From NCBI GenBank assembly GCA_040765985.1, contig JAXGRK010000002.1, positions 9,940-73,939 on the forward strand: a DNA stretch of 64,000 bases, read 5' to 3'. A program made the position numbers and the translations under genes. Source of the DNA: Candidatus Dojkabacteria bacterium (lineage in GTDB: Bacteria > Patescibacteriota > Dojkabacteria > SC72). Below the pieces are notes generated by a model. That model was not told the origin of the DNA and searched no databases. It was given only the letters and a program-made list of their open reading frames with translations. Shown piece after piece: positions 20,695 through 31,612 of the stretch; within the stretch, counting starts at the first letter, position 1, and each line of letters starts with the position of its first letter.

Positions 20695-21030
20695 TTAGCT
20701 ATTAGATCTCTTAGAGGAAATGCCCTCTAAAATTCCAGAACCAATTGCCATAATAGAAGTAATCTTTTTTATTGGTACCAAAACAGCACTATTCACTTGA
20801 TATACAGTACCTTTTACAGTACTAACCATCCCTTCTACATCACTGATAATTCCATTTGCCACTCTTAAAGTTTCCTGTGCATCAATAACAATTTTCTTAG
20901 CTTCCTTAATTGTATTCCCAGATTCTTTAAGTAACATTGCTAATTGATATAGAACAAAACAAACAAAGAATGTAAAAACACCAATAATAATCATCCAGTA
21001 CAAACTTGGTATACTCTCCATTTTGATCAT
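20695..21030 (-). CDS. Small membrane coiled-coil protein (DUF948-like)
   Basis: N-terminal TM followed by amphipathic heptads. Confidence 0.65.
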   Translation of the reverse strand: MIKMESIPSLYWMIIIGVFTFFVCFVLYQLAMLLKESGNTIKEAKKIVIDAQETLRVANGIISDVEGMVSTVKGTVYQVNSAVLVPIKKITSIMAIGSGILEGISSKRSNS

Positions 21031-21101
21031 AGTGTAAATTTAATATATATAATTATGCTTGTATTTACATACTAATGTCAAGCTAAATGGTATAATTAAG
21101 T

Positions 21102-21830
21102 ATGAATAGATTCTTTATTAAACACAAATTAAATATTGATGACACTGTCCATCTCTCAGATTCGGACAGTGAATTAGTTATAAATAGCATCAAATTAAAA
21201 GTAGAAAATTTCATTGAAGTAGAAACATATGATGCTGTATATTTAGCTGTAATTACGGACATATCTAATAAATCCGTTGAGGTTGAGATATTAGAAGAGA
21301 TTGAAAAAAAAGAAGAAGAAAATTCCCATGATTTAACAATATTACAATCCCTTATCGGAGATAATAAATTTAACTTTTTCTTGGAGAAATCTATTGAAAT
21401 AGGTATTGACCGAATTATTCCAATAGAATCTTCTTATTCCACAATAAATAGAAATAAAGCATTAAAAAAGTTTGGACTTTGGAAAAAAATAATTAAAGAT
21501 GCAACAGAACAATCTAGAAACATCACTCCTACAATATTGGAAAAACCAATTAAATTAAAAGATCTCTCGATTAAAGATATACCTAATAGAATATGTCTCT
21601 CAACTGAAAATACATCCTCTATAAATCTAGATAAATATTTTGAAAAAGCTAATATTAAAGAACCAACCATAATTGCTATCGGACCAGAAAAGGGTTGGAG
21701 TAGTAATGATATTGAAATATTTAAAAATTTAAATTTCACCTTTATTAAACTTAAAGGTAATATATTAAGAACTGAAAGTACTGGATTGGTAATAGGGAGC
21801 ATAATTAAATACTTAAAAGGGGAAATCTAA
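21102..21830 (+). CDS. rsmE: 16S rRNA m3U1498 methyltransferase
   Basis: MNRFF, EKSIEIG, ATEQSR, IGPEKGW, LKGNILRTE SPOUT motifs. Confidence 0.9.
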   Translation: MNRFFIKHKLNIDDTVHLSDSDSELVINSIKLKVENFIEVETYDAVYLAVITDISNKSVEVEILEEIEKKEEENSHDLTILQSLIGDNKFNFFLEKSIEIGIDRIIPIESSYSTINRNKALKKFGLWKKIIKDATEQSRNITPTILEKPIKLKDLSIKDIPNRICLSTENTSSINLDKYFEKANIKEPTIIAIGPEKGWSSNDIEIFKNLNFTFIKLKGNILRTESTGLVIGSIIKYLKGEI

Positions 21831-22855
21831 TGGGAAGAAAGAGAACAAGAAACAATTACAAGAAACCAAGAAGTTTTAACAAAGATTCAGAATCAAAATA
21901 CTTTACAAAAGATGATATCTTTATTTCCAGAATGGCTAGTATTCTAAGAATTCCAAAGAATGCTGTTTTAGAAACATTCAACCAAAGAGCGCTTACAACA
22001 ATTAGATTAAATTCTTTGATGGGTAATCCTAGAGATACATTAAGAAGATTAAAATCTAGGGGCTATGAACTTAAAAGTATTCGATGGTCTCCAAATACAT
22101 ATGTTGTGACTAATCGAGACAAAGGAGAGATTTCTCAAATAGATGAATATAGAGAGGGGACTTTTTACATACAGGATTTATCTAGTATCTTAGCAACATT
22201 AGTACTAGATCCAAAACCCAAGGAAAAAATAGTAGATGTTTGTTCTGCACCAGGCAGTAAAACAACACATATTGCAGATTTAACAAAGAATAAAGCAATT
22301 ATAATTGCTAATGATATAGAGGTAGGAAGAACTAACTCCCTTCGCAATGTAATAGAACAATTTGGGGCAACTAGTGCAAAGATTACTCTAAGTGATGGAA
22401 GAGAGTTTGGGAAGAAGTATCCTGACTATTTCGACAAAGTACTTTTAGACGCCCCATGTAGTGGAGAGGGGAGAATATACATGAGAGGACAGAAACCTTT
22501 AAGATTTTGGAGTGTAAAAAAAGTAAAATCCTCAGTTATGATTCAAAGAGAATTACTTGAATCTGCTTTTAGAACTCTTAAAACTAATGGCACTTTGGTA
22601 TATTCAACATGTACACTAGAGCCAGATGAGAACGAAGGTGTATTAACGACATTGTTAAACAATCATAAAAATGCTCAGATAGTTGATATTGATATTGTAA
22701 ATACTCAAGCGTTTAAGGACTACAAAAAACATATTACAAGAGGTATTACTCACTGGAGTGGAAATCAATACCACCCATCTGTTAAAAATAGTATAAGGAT
22801 ACTCCCATCGTCTGAAATGATGGGCTTCTTTATAGCAAAGATAGTAAAAAAATAG
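21830..22855 (+). CDS. RsmB/RsmF (NOL1/NOP2) RNA m5C methyltransferase
   Basis: YIQDLSS, DVCSAPGSKT, DAPCSGEG, YSTCTL.P.ENE, GFFIA. Confidence 0.93.
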   Translation: MGRKRTRNNYKKPRSFNKDSESKYFTKDDIFISRMASILRIPKNAVLETFNQRALTTIRLNSLMGNPRDTLRRLKSRGYELKSIRWSPNTYVVTNRDKGEISQIDEYREGTFYIQDLSSILATLVLDPKPKEKIVDVCSAPGSKTTHIADLTKNKAIIIANDIEVGRTNSLRNVIEQFGATSAKITLSDGREFGKKYPDYFDKVLLDAPCSGEGRIYMRGQKPLRFWSVKKVKSSVMIQRELLESAFRTLKTNGTLVYSTCTLEPDENEGVLTTLLNNHKNAQIVDIDIVNTQAFKDYKKHITRGITHWSGNQYHPSVKNSIRILPSSEMMGFFIAKIVKK

Positions 22856-22870
22856 GGGAGTTACCCCCTA
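22846..22870 (-). terminator. Intrinsic terminator after pnp (convergent junction)
   Basis: Minus strand TAGGGGG-TAAC-TCCCCTA followed by a T-run. Confidence 0.75.
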
Positions 22871-22876
22871 CTTCTA

Positions 22877-24980
22877 TTATTCCTTAGTAACTTCTTCCTT
22901 CTTCTCGTTTACCTGTTTAATACTTAGCTTTAACTTACCATCTCTTTCCTTAGAAACAAGCTTTACTTTTACATCATCTCCCTCTTTAAGATACTTTCTT
23001 ACATCTTTAACAAACTCGTCTGTAATTTCGGACACATGGACTAAGCCAGATAGACCTGGAGCTATATCTACAAATGCACCATACTCCATTATACTTGCAA
23101 CTTTACCGTCATATATTTCTCCTACAACTGGTACTAAGCCAAGTTTTTTAACATAAGCTAAAGCCATATCTATTGATTCTTGATTCATTGCATATATATT
23201 TACAGCACCACTTTCCTCTACGGTAATTTCTGCCCCTGTTCTTTCAGTTAACTCTCTAATATTTTTTCCTCCTGGACCTATTAACTCTCCAATCTGATCT
23301 ACTGGAATTTCTGCTCTAGCAACCTTTGGAGCAAACTTGGATAGTTCTGCTTTTGGCTGAGAGATTGCTTTCTCCATTACCTCTAATACTTTTAATCTAG
23401 CAATTTTTGATTTCTCAAAGGTTTCTTTAACAATCTCTATGGTTAAACCCTTCATCTTGTTATCCATTTGTACTGCTGTAATACCATCTTTTGTACCTGT
23501 TACTTTGAAATCCATATCTCCATAGAAATCTTCTACACCCTGCATATCTGTAAGAATATGGAATGTACCATTCTCTTCATTTACTAAACCACAAGCTATT
23601 CCCCCAACCATCTTCTTAATTGGAACACCTGCAGCCATTAGTGCTAATGTTGAACCACAAGCTGATGCCATTGAACTTGAACCATTCTCTCCCTGAACTT
23701 CAGACATTACCAAAATTGTATATGGGAATTCATCTACAGATGGAATGACAGGAATTAGTGCTTTCTCTGCTAACATACCATGTCCTATTGCTCTTCTACT
23801 TGGAGATAGACGTGCTCTATCAGCATCTCCATAAGCAAAAGGTAAATCGTTGTAGTAATGCATATATCTTTTCTCTTTCTCACCTAACATATCATCAACT
23901 AACTTTGCATCTTTAAGTGTACCCAATGTAGCAATAGAGAGCACCTGTGTTACACCTCTGGTAAATAGGGCAGAACCATGAACTCTTGGTAGCAAGTCTA
24001 CCTCTGCATCCATTTCTCGTATTTCATCAAAGTCCCTGTTATCAGCTCTTTTACTCTTTTCTGCAACATACTTTCTCATGGTCTTCTTAAGAAGCTTTTC
24101 ATATCCCTCACTCATTTGAGATTTAGAGTATTTACCTTCAAAGTTTTTAAATACCTCTTCTTTAGTAGACTCATGTAACTCTTTATCTCCTTTTAAGAGG
24201 TTTTCTAAAAGTCTATCACCTAAAAATTTGGATATCTCTTCTATCATTGCTTCATCTATACTAAATGAAACATACTCTTTTTCAACCTTATCTAATTTCT
24301 TTAAGAATTCATTTTTGGACATCTACCCATTTTTGCATTTCAGATAAGCTCATTTCCATTGCCTTAATTACATCTGATTCAGGGATTTCATAACAACCTG
24401 CATCAATCATTGTAAATACCTTTCCATCACCCCCTAATACATAGTTCATTTTATTCTCCTCATCTACATCTTCCATACTTCTATAGATTGCCTTAATACT
24501 ATCTCCCTCCATACCCATTCGGACACCTGCAATAGGGCCATCAAATGGTGCATGTGAGTTCATAAGGGCAACTGACGCAGCATTTATTGCTAAAATTACA
24601 GGATCATTCTCCTCATCATATGACATTACAGTAACAATCAAGCTTAACTCATCCCTGTAATCGTCTGGAAATCTAGATCGTAGTGCTCTATCTATCATTC
24701 TTGCTTTTAAAACTGCATCATCACTTGGGAACCTCTCAATTTTTACAAATCTAGATCCATTAATCTTACCCGATGCATAGAATCTCTCTATATATTCAAC
24801 AGACATTGGGAAGTAATCATTTTCCTGTTTTGCTTTAGCAGTATTAACATTAACCTCAACAACGGTATCCCCCATTCTTGCAATAACTGCACTTTCTGAC
24901 TTTAAAGCAAGTTTTCCTGTTTCAAATGAACACTTCCTACCATCTATTTCAAACTCATAAATTTTTTGATTAAACAACAT
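22877..24980 (-). CDS. pnp: Polyribonucleotide nucleotidyltransferase (indel near 24315)
   Basis: FETGKLA, ARMIDRALR; HGSALFTRGVTQ, NGSSSMASACG, GDMDFKV, KH (IGPGGKNI) and S1 domains across two overlapping ORFs. Confidence 0.95.
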
Positions 24981-25073
24981 AAATAATTATATTAAAAAAT
25001 ATTAAATATCAAACTAAATAACTTAGTAGTTATATCAATATAGAGGGAAAAAAGAAAGACCTGAAAAACAGTA

Positions 25074-25337
25074 TTATATCTTTATTTTCTTTGTAAATGT
25101 TTCATACCTCTCTGGTTCGCTTTGTGAAAGGTACTGTAATAACCTTCTCCTTTTACCAACTTTCTGAAGTAAACCTCTTCTTGAGTGATTATCTTTTTTG
25201 TGATCCTTAAGATGTTCACTTAACTTTAATATCTCTTGCGTAAGAATAGCTACTTGAACTTCGGGAGAACCAGTATCACCCTCATGGAGGGCAAAGGAGT
25301 TCACAATCTTTTGTTTTTCATCTTTAGATAATGCCAT
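25074..25337 (-). CDS. rpsO: 30S ribosomal protein S15
   Basis: [25 protein letters not shown]. Confidence 0.98.
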   Translation of the reverse strand: MALSKDEKQKIVNSFALHEGDTGSPEVQVAILTQEILKLSEHLKDHKKDNHSRRGLLQKVGKRRRLLQYLSQSEPERYETFTKKIKI

Positions 25338-25396
25338 ATATTCTAGATTAACATCATATATCTGTTTTTACAATAGCACAACATCGTACAAACCCT

Positions 25397-25425
25397 ATTT
25401 TATATTATTATAGGATTTGTGTCAA
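25397..25425 (-). promoter_or_regulatory. Near-consensus sigma70 promoter for rpsO-pnp
   Basis: TTGACA-17 nt-TAAAAT on minus strand. Confidence 0.8.
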
Positions 25426-25433
25426 ACATTTCT

Positions 25434-26985
25434 TTATCGAGAAACCTTATAACAGTACAGTTCATCACCTTCGTTGCTTTCTACATCAATATCAAGAATC
25501 ACACCACAATCTTCTCCCTGTTTTACCTCATGTACAGTTTCTTTTCCTTTTCGTAATGATTTTATTTTACCTTCTGCCAATATTTCATCATTGCGAACAA
25601 CATAACATTTACAATCTCTTTTTAATATTCCATCCTTAACCCTAGAACCGAGTACCTTAGAACCATCTGAAAGTACAAACATCATTTTTATTACAGCACT
25701 TCCAATCTCTTCTTCGACATGTGCAGGAGTAGACAACATCTCCAACGCATCTTCAACCTCTTCAACCAATTTATAAATGATGGAGTAAGTTCTAACCAAA
25801 ACTCCACTCTTTTTTGCTACATCCTCAGAACCCTTTTCTATACCTACTTCGAAACCCAAAAGAATCGCTTTTGATAGTTTAGCCATCTCAATATCTTTAT
25901 TTGTTATATCTCCAACTCCATCAGATACAATATTAACTGAATACTCATCTTTCTTAACTTTCACTAATGATTGTTTTAATGCTTCTAGAGAACCTTGAGA
26001 AGAGCTCTTTACAATTACATTAAGAATCGTATCTCCGTCTTTCTGTTCTTCATCAAATATTGAACCGAATATGTCATCTTCAACAATACTCAAATCCTCT
26101 AATGTGGGTTCTACTTTGTACAAAGTAGAGAGTAATTTAAGATTATTTTTTTCTAAAATGAAAACTTCTGTACCTAAAGGTATTAAATTCGATATCCCTA
26201 TTACTTTACCACCACAACCACAAGATAAATCACAAATATTCTCTCCCTCCTCTGATATTATTCCTTTTACTTTCTCAATTTCAAAACTTTCTCCTTTTTT
26301 ATACCCTAACCAAGAGCCCTTACATAGGTCCCCACTTATTAACACCAATGAAGATATATTTCCTCTAGTCTTATCCTTTACTGATTCTAATACATAGGCC
26401 CTTGCAGCAACTCCTTCAGGTAAAACCCCTCTATCCTCTAAACCCTCAACATCAGCAACGAGATTGATTAAATCTAAAAGTTCGGAGATTCCTTTCCCAG
26501 TTTTTCCAGAAACCTCAATTACAGGTATATTTCCTCCCATACCCTCTACTTGTACCCCTTCTGTTTGTAATATCTCTTTTAATCTTAGCAAATATTTACA
26601 TTTCAGGCAGATCAATCTTGTTTATTACAACAATGGGTTTTATGGAGGATTTTTATTATTTCTATAGATTCAACAGTTTGTGGCTTAACACTATCATTAG
26701 CAGCAACTATTAAAAGAACAATATCTGCAATACTACTCCTCTAGATCTCATCAACTGAATGCTTCATGACCAGGTGTATCTATGTAATTTTTTTAGAAGC
26801 ATTTTTGCCTGGAGCAATTGTAAATACACAGATATCTTTGAGTTACCACCTGGCTTCACAACTTTGAACATGACTCTTTCTAATGTAATCAAGTATTGTA
26901 GCTTTTCCACATACATGACTCAATATTGCAACAATTGGGACTCTGGCTTGAGCACATATATTTTTGTTTCTCAACTTTTAACCAT
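25434..26985 (-). CDS. infB: Translation initiation factor IF-2, short form (several indels in 5' third)
   Basis: Fragments IDTPGHEAF, DIVLLIVAANDSVKPQTVES, NKIDLP, VSGKTGKGISELL, QGSLEAL, IIYKLVEEV, DCG. Confidence 0.92.
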
Positions 26986-27002
26986 TTTAAACTATAATAC
27001 TT

Positions 27003-28205
27003 TCATCTTAATATTACTTCCTCTTTTTCTCTTCTTCTTTTCCTGCAACCTCTTCTTGTTTGCTCAGCATACTCCCCTCAACAGCATCTTCCTTTTTCTC
27101 TTTCTTTTCTTTTCTTCTTATCTCCCTTCTCTAACTTCTTCATTCTCTTCCTGTATTTCTTCTGGTATCTCACCCTGGGCTCCAACAATATCAATCTTAA
27201 ATACCTGTCAATTTCCAAGCTAATCTTACATTTTGACTCCTCTCTACTGATAGCTATGATAGCTGATCAGAAGGAGATACCTGTTGCTGTATCATCAGAT
27301 ATTTCCAAGCAGAATCAACCTTTGCAGGACTTAATGCATTAGCAACAAATCTCTCTCTAAATCTTCATCCTTATCAATTATATCAATCTTTTCTCAAGCA
27401 AGTTCATTCATAATGTTTGCTATACGAATACCTCTCTGACCTACACATGAACTAATTGGATCAATACCATCTTGATGTGACACATGGGTAATTTTTTTCA
27501 TCTTCTAGAACTAGCTTTGCAACTGCCTTAATTTCAAATTCACACCAGATTCAATCTCAGGAACTTCCAATTTAAAAAGCTCTATTAAGAAATTAGATCT
27601 GCCTAGATACTAATATTTCAGAGTCTTCAATACTCTTAAGTAATACTTTGTACCTCTCTCCAACTCTATAGTAATTCATTAGCAATCTGCTCCTCTTGTG
27701 GCATAAATGCAGTTGCCCTTGCCTATCTCCATTACTGCCATACCTTTTGCATTCTTGTACCAAAGCTGTATATACCTCTCCTACCTTATCACTAAATTAC
27801 CTATTACTGCATCTCCTTTTCAGATTCTCTATCTTTTGGTAGTAAAACCTGTTTAGCGGTTTGTGTAGCTATCCTTCCTAAATCATCAGATGCATCTCAA
27901 TCTGAACAGAATCCCCTATCTCAACACTTGGAGAAATTAACTCTGCCTTCACTTAATGCAATCAGTCTCAGTCATCGTTTACCTTTTTAACAACTTTCAT
28001 TGCAAAGTTTAAAACTCACCAGTCTCTCTATCAACTCCTACTGCTAAATTACTACCTAACTTTTCATCAATCTCCTCATATTCAACCTTCCATGTTTCTC
28101 TTTCTTAATGTACTTAATATTTATTCCAAGGCCTTAAAGATCTCCTTTATCTATTCTCTTTTCTGTTGCTATCTGATTTATGGCAGCTACTAACTCTGAT
28201 GTCAT
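27003..28205 (-). CDS. nusA: Transcription factor NusA (many indels; 3' end approximate)
   Basis: MTSELVAAINQIATEKRIDK; LGRIATQTAKQV; LFKLEVPEIESG; GIDPI..CVGQRGIRI; ANALSPAKV; acidic tail. Confidence 0.9.
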
Positions 28206-28253
28206 TGCTATATATATAAAATATTAATAAAAAATTATCATTACATACATACT

Positions 28254-28279
28254 AAAAAAGGTGAGAAAAACATCTCACC
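28254..28279 (-). terminator. Intrinsic terminator-like hairpin between dnaJ and nusA
   Basis: Minus strand GGTGAGA-TGTTTT-TCTCACC-TTTTTT. Confidence 0.7.
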
Positions 28280-28349
28280 ATATCTTTAATACATCTTCCA
28301 ACGAAGTATACTACAAGTGTGTATTAAAATCCAAATACCAAAAGATATT

Positions 28350-29424
28350 TTAGCTTTGCCTTTAACTCCTCCCAAAGCTTCTTTTCTTCTCATTAATCTC
28401 TTAGGAATATCTACATCCACTCTCACATACAAATTTCCTTGTACCATCTTTACCTAATACTGGTACCTTCTCCCTTTACTCTAAATATGGTGCCTGGTTG
28501 TGTACTACTTGGTATTTTTAACTTAACATCACCTTTTTAATAGTTTCAATATCTATCTTTCCACTGCAATTGCAGTATGAACAGGTATACTTACAGAGTA
28601 CAAATCATTCCTCTTCTATCAAATTTCTCAGATGGCTCGACCTCAACTTCAATAAATAGGTCTCATACTCTGTATTAATACCTGCGTTTCCTCCATCTCT
28701 AAACCTTAAAACCATTCCATCACATGCTCCTGCTGGTATATGTATCTTCATATTCTCTGTCTTTGATTCATGGTTAAATTTTTACCTGCACAATTCATAC
28801 AAACTTTTTCTGGGATGTCTCTACCACTACATTTAGAACACTGGGCCATTACGGATATCTGACTCAAGAAACTGTTTTGAACTCTTCTCTACCAGTTCCC
28901 TATATACATCACATGTTTTTTCCTTCACTGTACTACTTCCTACCCTTACACTCTTCACACTTTATATTTCCTTTGACCAACCTTAAACTCCCCAGCACTT
29001 TCCATTGCTTCATCAAACCCAAATCTCATCTTGTACTCATATTCTCGCCACCAAATATTCCCGAGCTTCATTCTGATTCCCAACTACAAATCAACTAAAA
29101 TTATTTCCATTTCCTCCAAAAATGTATTGAAAATATCACCTATCAAAAGGTGCCACTGCAGCTTACATATTCATACCCACTACCATTGCCACTTCTTGGT
29201 CAAAACCCTGAGTACTGGCATGACCATACTGATCGTAAGCTGCTTTTCGTGTCATCAGAAAGGACTTCGCATGCCTCCCGAACCTCTTTAAATTTATCCT
29301 CAGCACCATCTTCCCTCAGTTTACATCCGGATGAAACTTCATAACAAGCTGGCATGCCTTTTTAATTTTCTTCTTTTCGAATTCTTGTCTATACCAAGAA
29401 CTTCATAGTAATCTCTTTGTTCAT
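28350..29424 (-). CDS. dnaJ: Chaperone DnaJ (many indels; 3' end approximate)
   Basis: RDYYEVLGIDK, HPD, AEDKFKE; CEECKGR and CSKCSGR zinc-finger fragments; IPAGA..GMVLRFRDGGNAG; IPSSTQPG; GNLYVRVDVDIPKRL. Confidence 0.88.
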
Positions 29425-29500
29425 ATAGGTGATATTCTAGCAGACAAACGCATTATGCCTACAGATGACATCAAAATCTTTAACTGATAATATATTTAAC

Positions 29501-30160
29501 ATGGAAAATGATATACAAATACAAAGAGAAAATGAAAGGAAAATATCTAATACAAAAGAAACTTTCTGTTTTTGTTTTGTTGGGTTATCATTATTTGCCC
29601 AATCTATACCCTTACTCTCTTCATATATCCAAGGAGAGGTTAACATCTTAAAACAGAAACTAATGAAAGATCCTTTGCCAGAATCATATAGGCAGTATAT
29701 TGAAGACCACCTGTATACCATGATCCTGGAGTAAGTTACTTTGCGAATCTTCTCAAATAGTGTTGAAAACCTTAAATACGATGGTCTATTTACATATGAC
29801 CCAACAACTAAAACAACTAGAGAAGTACTTGTAGACAAAAGAGAAAAAGGGCTAAACATGTACATCAATATACCTTCAATAGTTATACTCAATATACTAG
29901 TAACAACTCCTAATGTAGAAAGAAAATGAAGAAGTATAAGATAGATACTCTAAATCTGATTAGCACATTTTAAGGCACCCCTATCCCTGAGATGGAGAAA
30001 CTCCCTTTATATACGGACAGTGCAGTGATAAGTTTTTTTAATAGACACTCTAATCTCCCAGAAACAATATTTACCAAACTTGAGAATGTGGATATTGAGA
30101 TAGTGTAGAGATAGAGAGAGAGGATACTACTCTTTCATATATTGTTAGGAAGTAAAAATT
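29501..30160 (+). CDS. Probable membrane-anchored hypothetical protein, fragmented by indels
   Basis: Successive short + ORFs (29465-29734, 29741-29929) with an N-terminal hydrophobic stretch; boundaries uncertain. Confidence 0.3.
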
Positions 30161-30289
30161 GTTTCTCCAGATGATTTTTCCATTTTGAAAACTCAAGATA
30201 TGAAACTGTAACCTTAATGACTTGTTGGCTACTTGGGTTTGAACTAAGAGATTAATAGTAGTAGCTGAAAGGATTTAATTTTTTGTACA

Positions 30290-31596
30290 ATGTATATAAG
30301 GAAATAATAAAAAGAAAATAGTAATACTCTCAATAATTTATGATATTGCTAATGATAAAATATATTATGTATTAGTATGCTTCCAAGTAGTCAAATCTGT
30401 TGAGATAGTATTTTGGGGGTTCTTAAAGAAGAAGAGGCACGCATCCATTAATCGAAAAATACCAGCAAGAGAATCCAGGTATAACAATTAAGTATGCAAT
30501 ACAACCATTAAAAGACACATGAATCCATCCTCTATGGAAGATTACAACAATCTGATACTTCGAGTTTACCTGCACCAGATATTGCGATGATACATAATAA
30601 TTGGTTACCCAAATTTCAAAATATTTATCTCCTCTACTCAAACGACATTATGAGTGAGGATACATACTGCAAGAGTTCAATTAACCGGCTATATTGGATT
30701 TTAAAGGAGGTGATAATAATATCTATGCCATACCATTACAGATTGATGGCCTGATGGTCATATACAACAAAGATATTCTCCAAGAAGAGGGATATTCAAC
30801 ACCACCTGCGGATTGGGATTCCTTTATGGAACTAGCCAAAGATTTAACCATTAGAGATAGCGAAGGGAAAATTACTAGATCTGGATTGGCCATAGGAACC
30901 GCTAATAATATAACGCACTCTTTTGATATTCTTTCATATTTCTTTTTACAGAACTTAGTACAGTTAATGAATGAAGATAGAACTCAAATACAACTTACTT
31001 CAGACAGGGCAATCAGAGCATTTAATACATACACATCGTTTGTAATGGAAGAAGATGCAACTTGGGCAACATATCTCCCAAGTGATTTAACTTCTTTTGT
31101 TAACGGAGAATTAGCTATGATGTTTGGAACTAGTTGGAGAGCCCTAGACATACTTTCTCAAACAGAAGATATTGAATTCGGATTGGCTCCTTTACCACGA
31201 TTACCCAATAACGAAGAGGTCTACTACTCAACATATTGGGGAACGACCGTTAGCAAATCAAGTAAAAACTCCTACGAGGCATGGAAATTTGTTGAATTTC
31301 TAAGCCAACCTGAACAATTAAGAAGATTAAATCAAAATTCCGCTAAGATAAGGACGTTTGGAGAGCCATACTCGAGAGTATCTATGAATTCAGAAATGAA
31401 AGACATTGAATATACAGAAGCCCTTTCATATATGGCACCTTTTATGAAATCCTGGCAACTTGGAGATCAACCCGTTGTAGAGGCATTCTTAAATGGCGCG
31501 ATAACTAATGTATTAGAGAAAGATTCTGATAGTTACTCTGAGTTAAAGAACGCACAAGAAGATATTAATATTAAACTTGCAGAAAGTAATAAATAA
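30290..31596 (+). CDS. Extracellular solute-binding protein (sugar ABC family); 5' part broken by indels
   Basis: IVFWG...PLIEKYQQENPGITIKY; YAIPLQIDGLMVIYNKD; PPADWDSF; FVNGELAMMFG; AWKFVEFL. Confidence 0.85.
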
Positions 31597-31612
31597 AAGC
31601 TAATATATACAA

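Noticed and set aside
21102-21830. RsmE inactivation (HxxxVLR motif missing)
   Set aside because: The C-terminal SPOUT SAM-binding knot is recognisable; divergence alone does not support loss of function
26759-27223. Hydrophobic F/L/S-rich 154 aa ORF
   Set aside because: Reverse complement of the purine-rich acidic NusA tail and the infB start
26580-29430. Pseudogenisation of infB, nusA and dnaJ
   Set aside because: Essential genes with intact motifs; errors are clustered regionally rather than per gene
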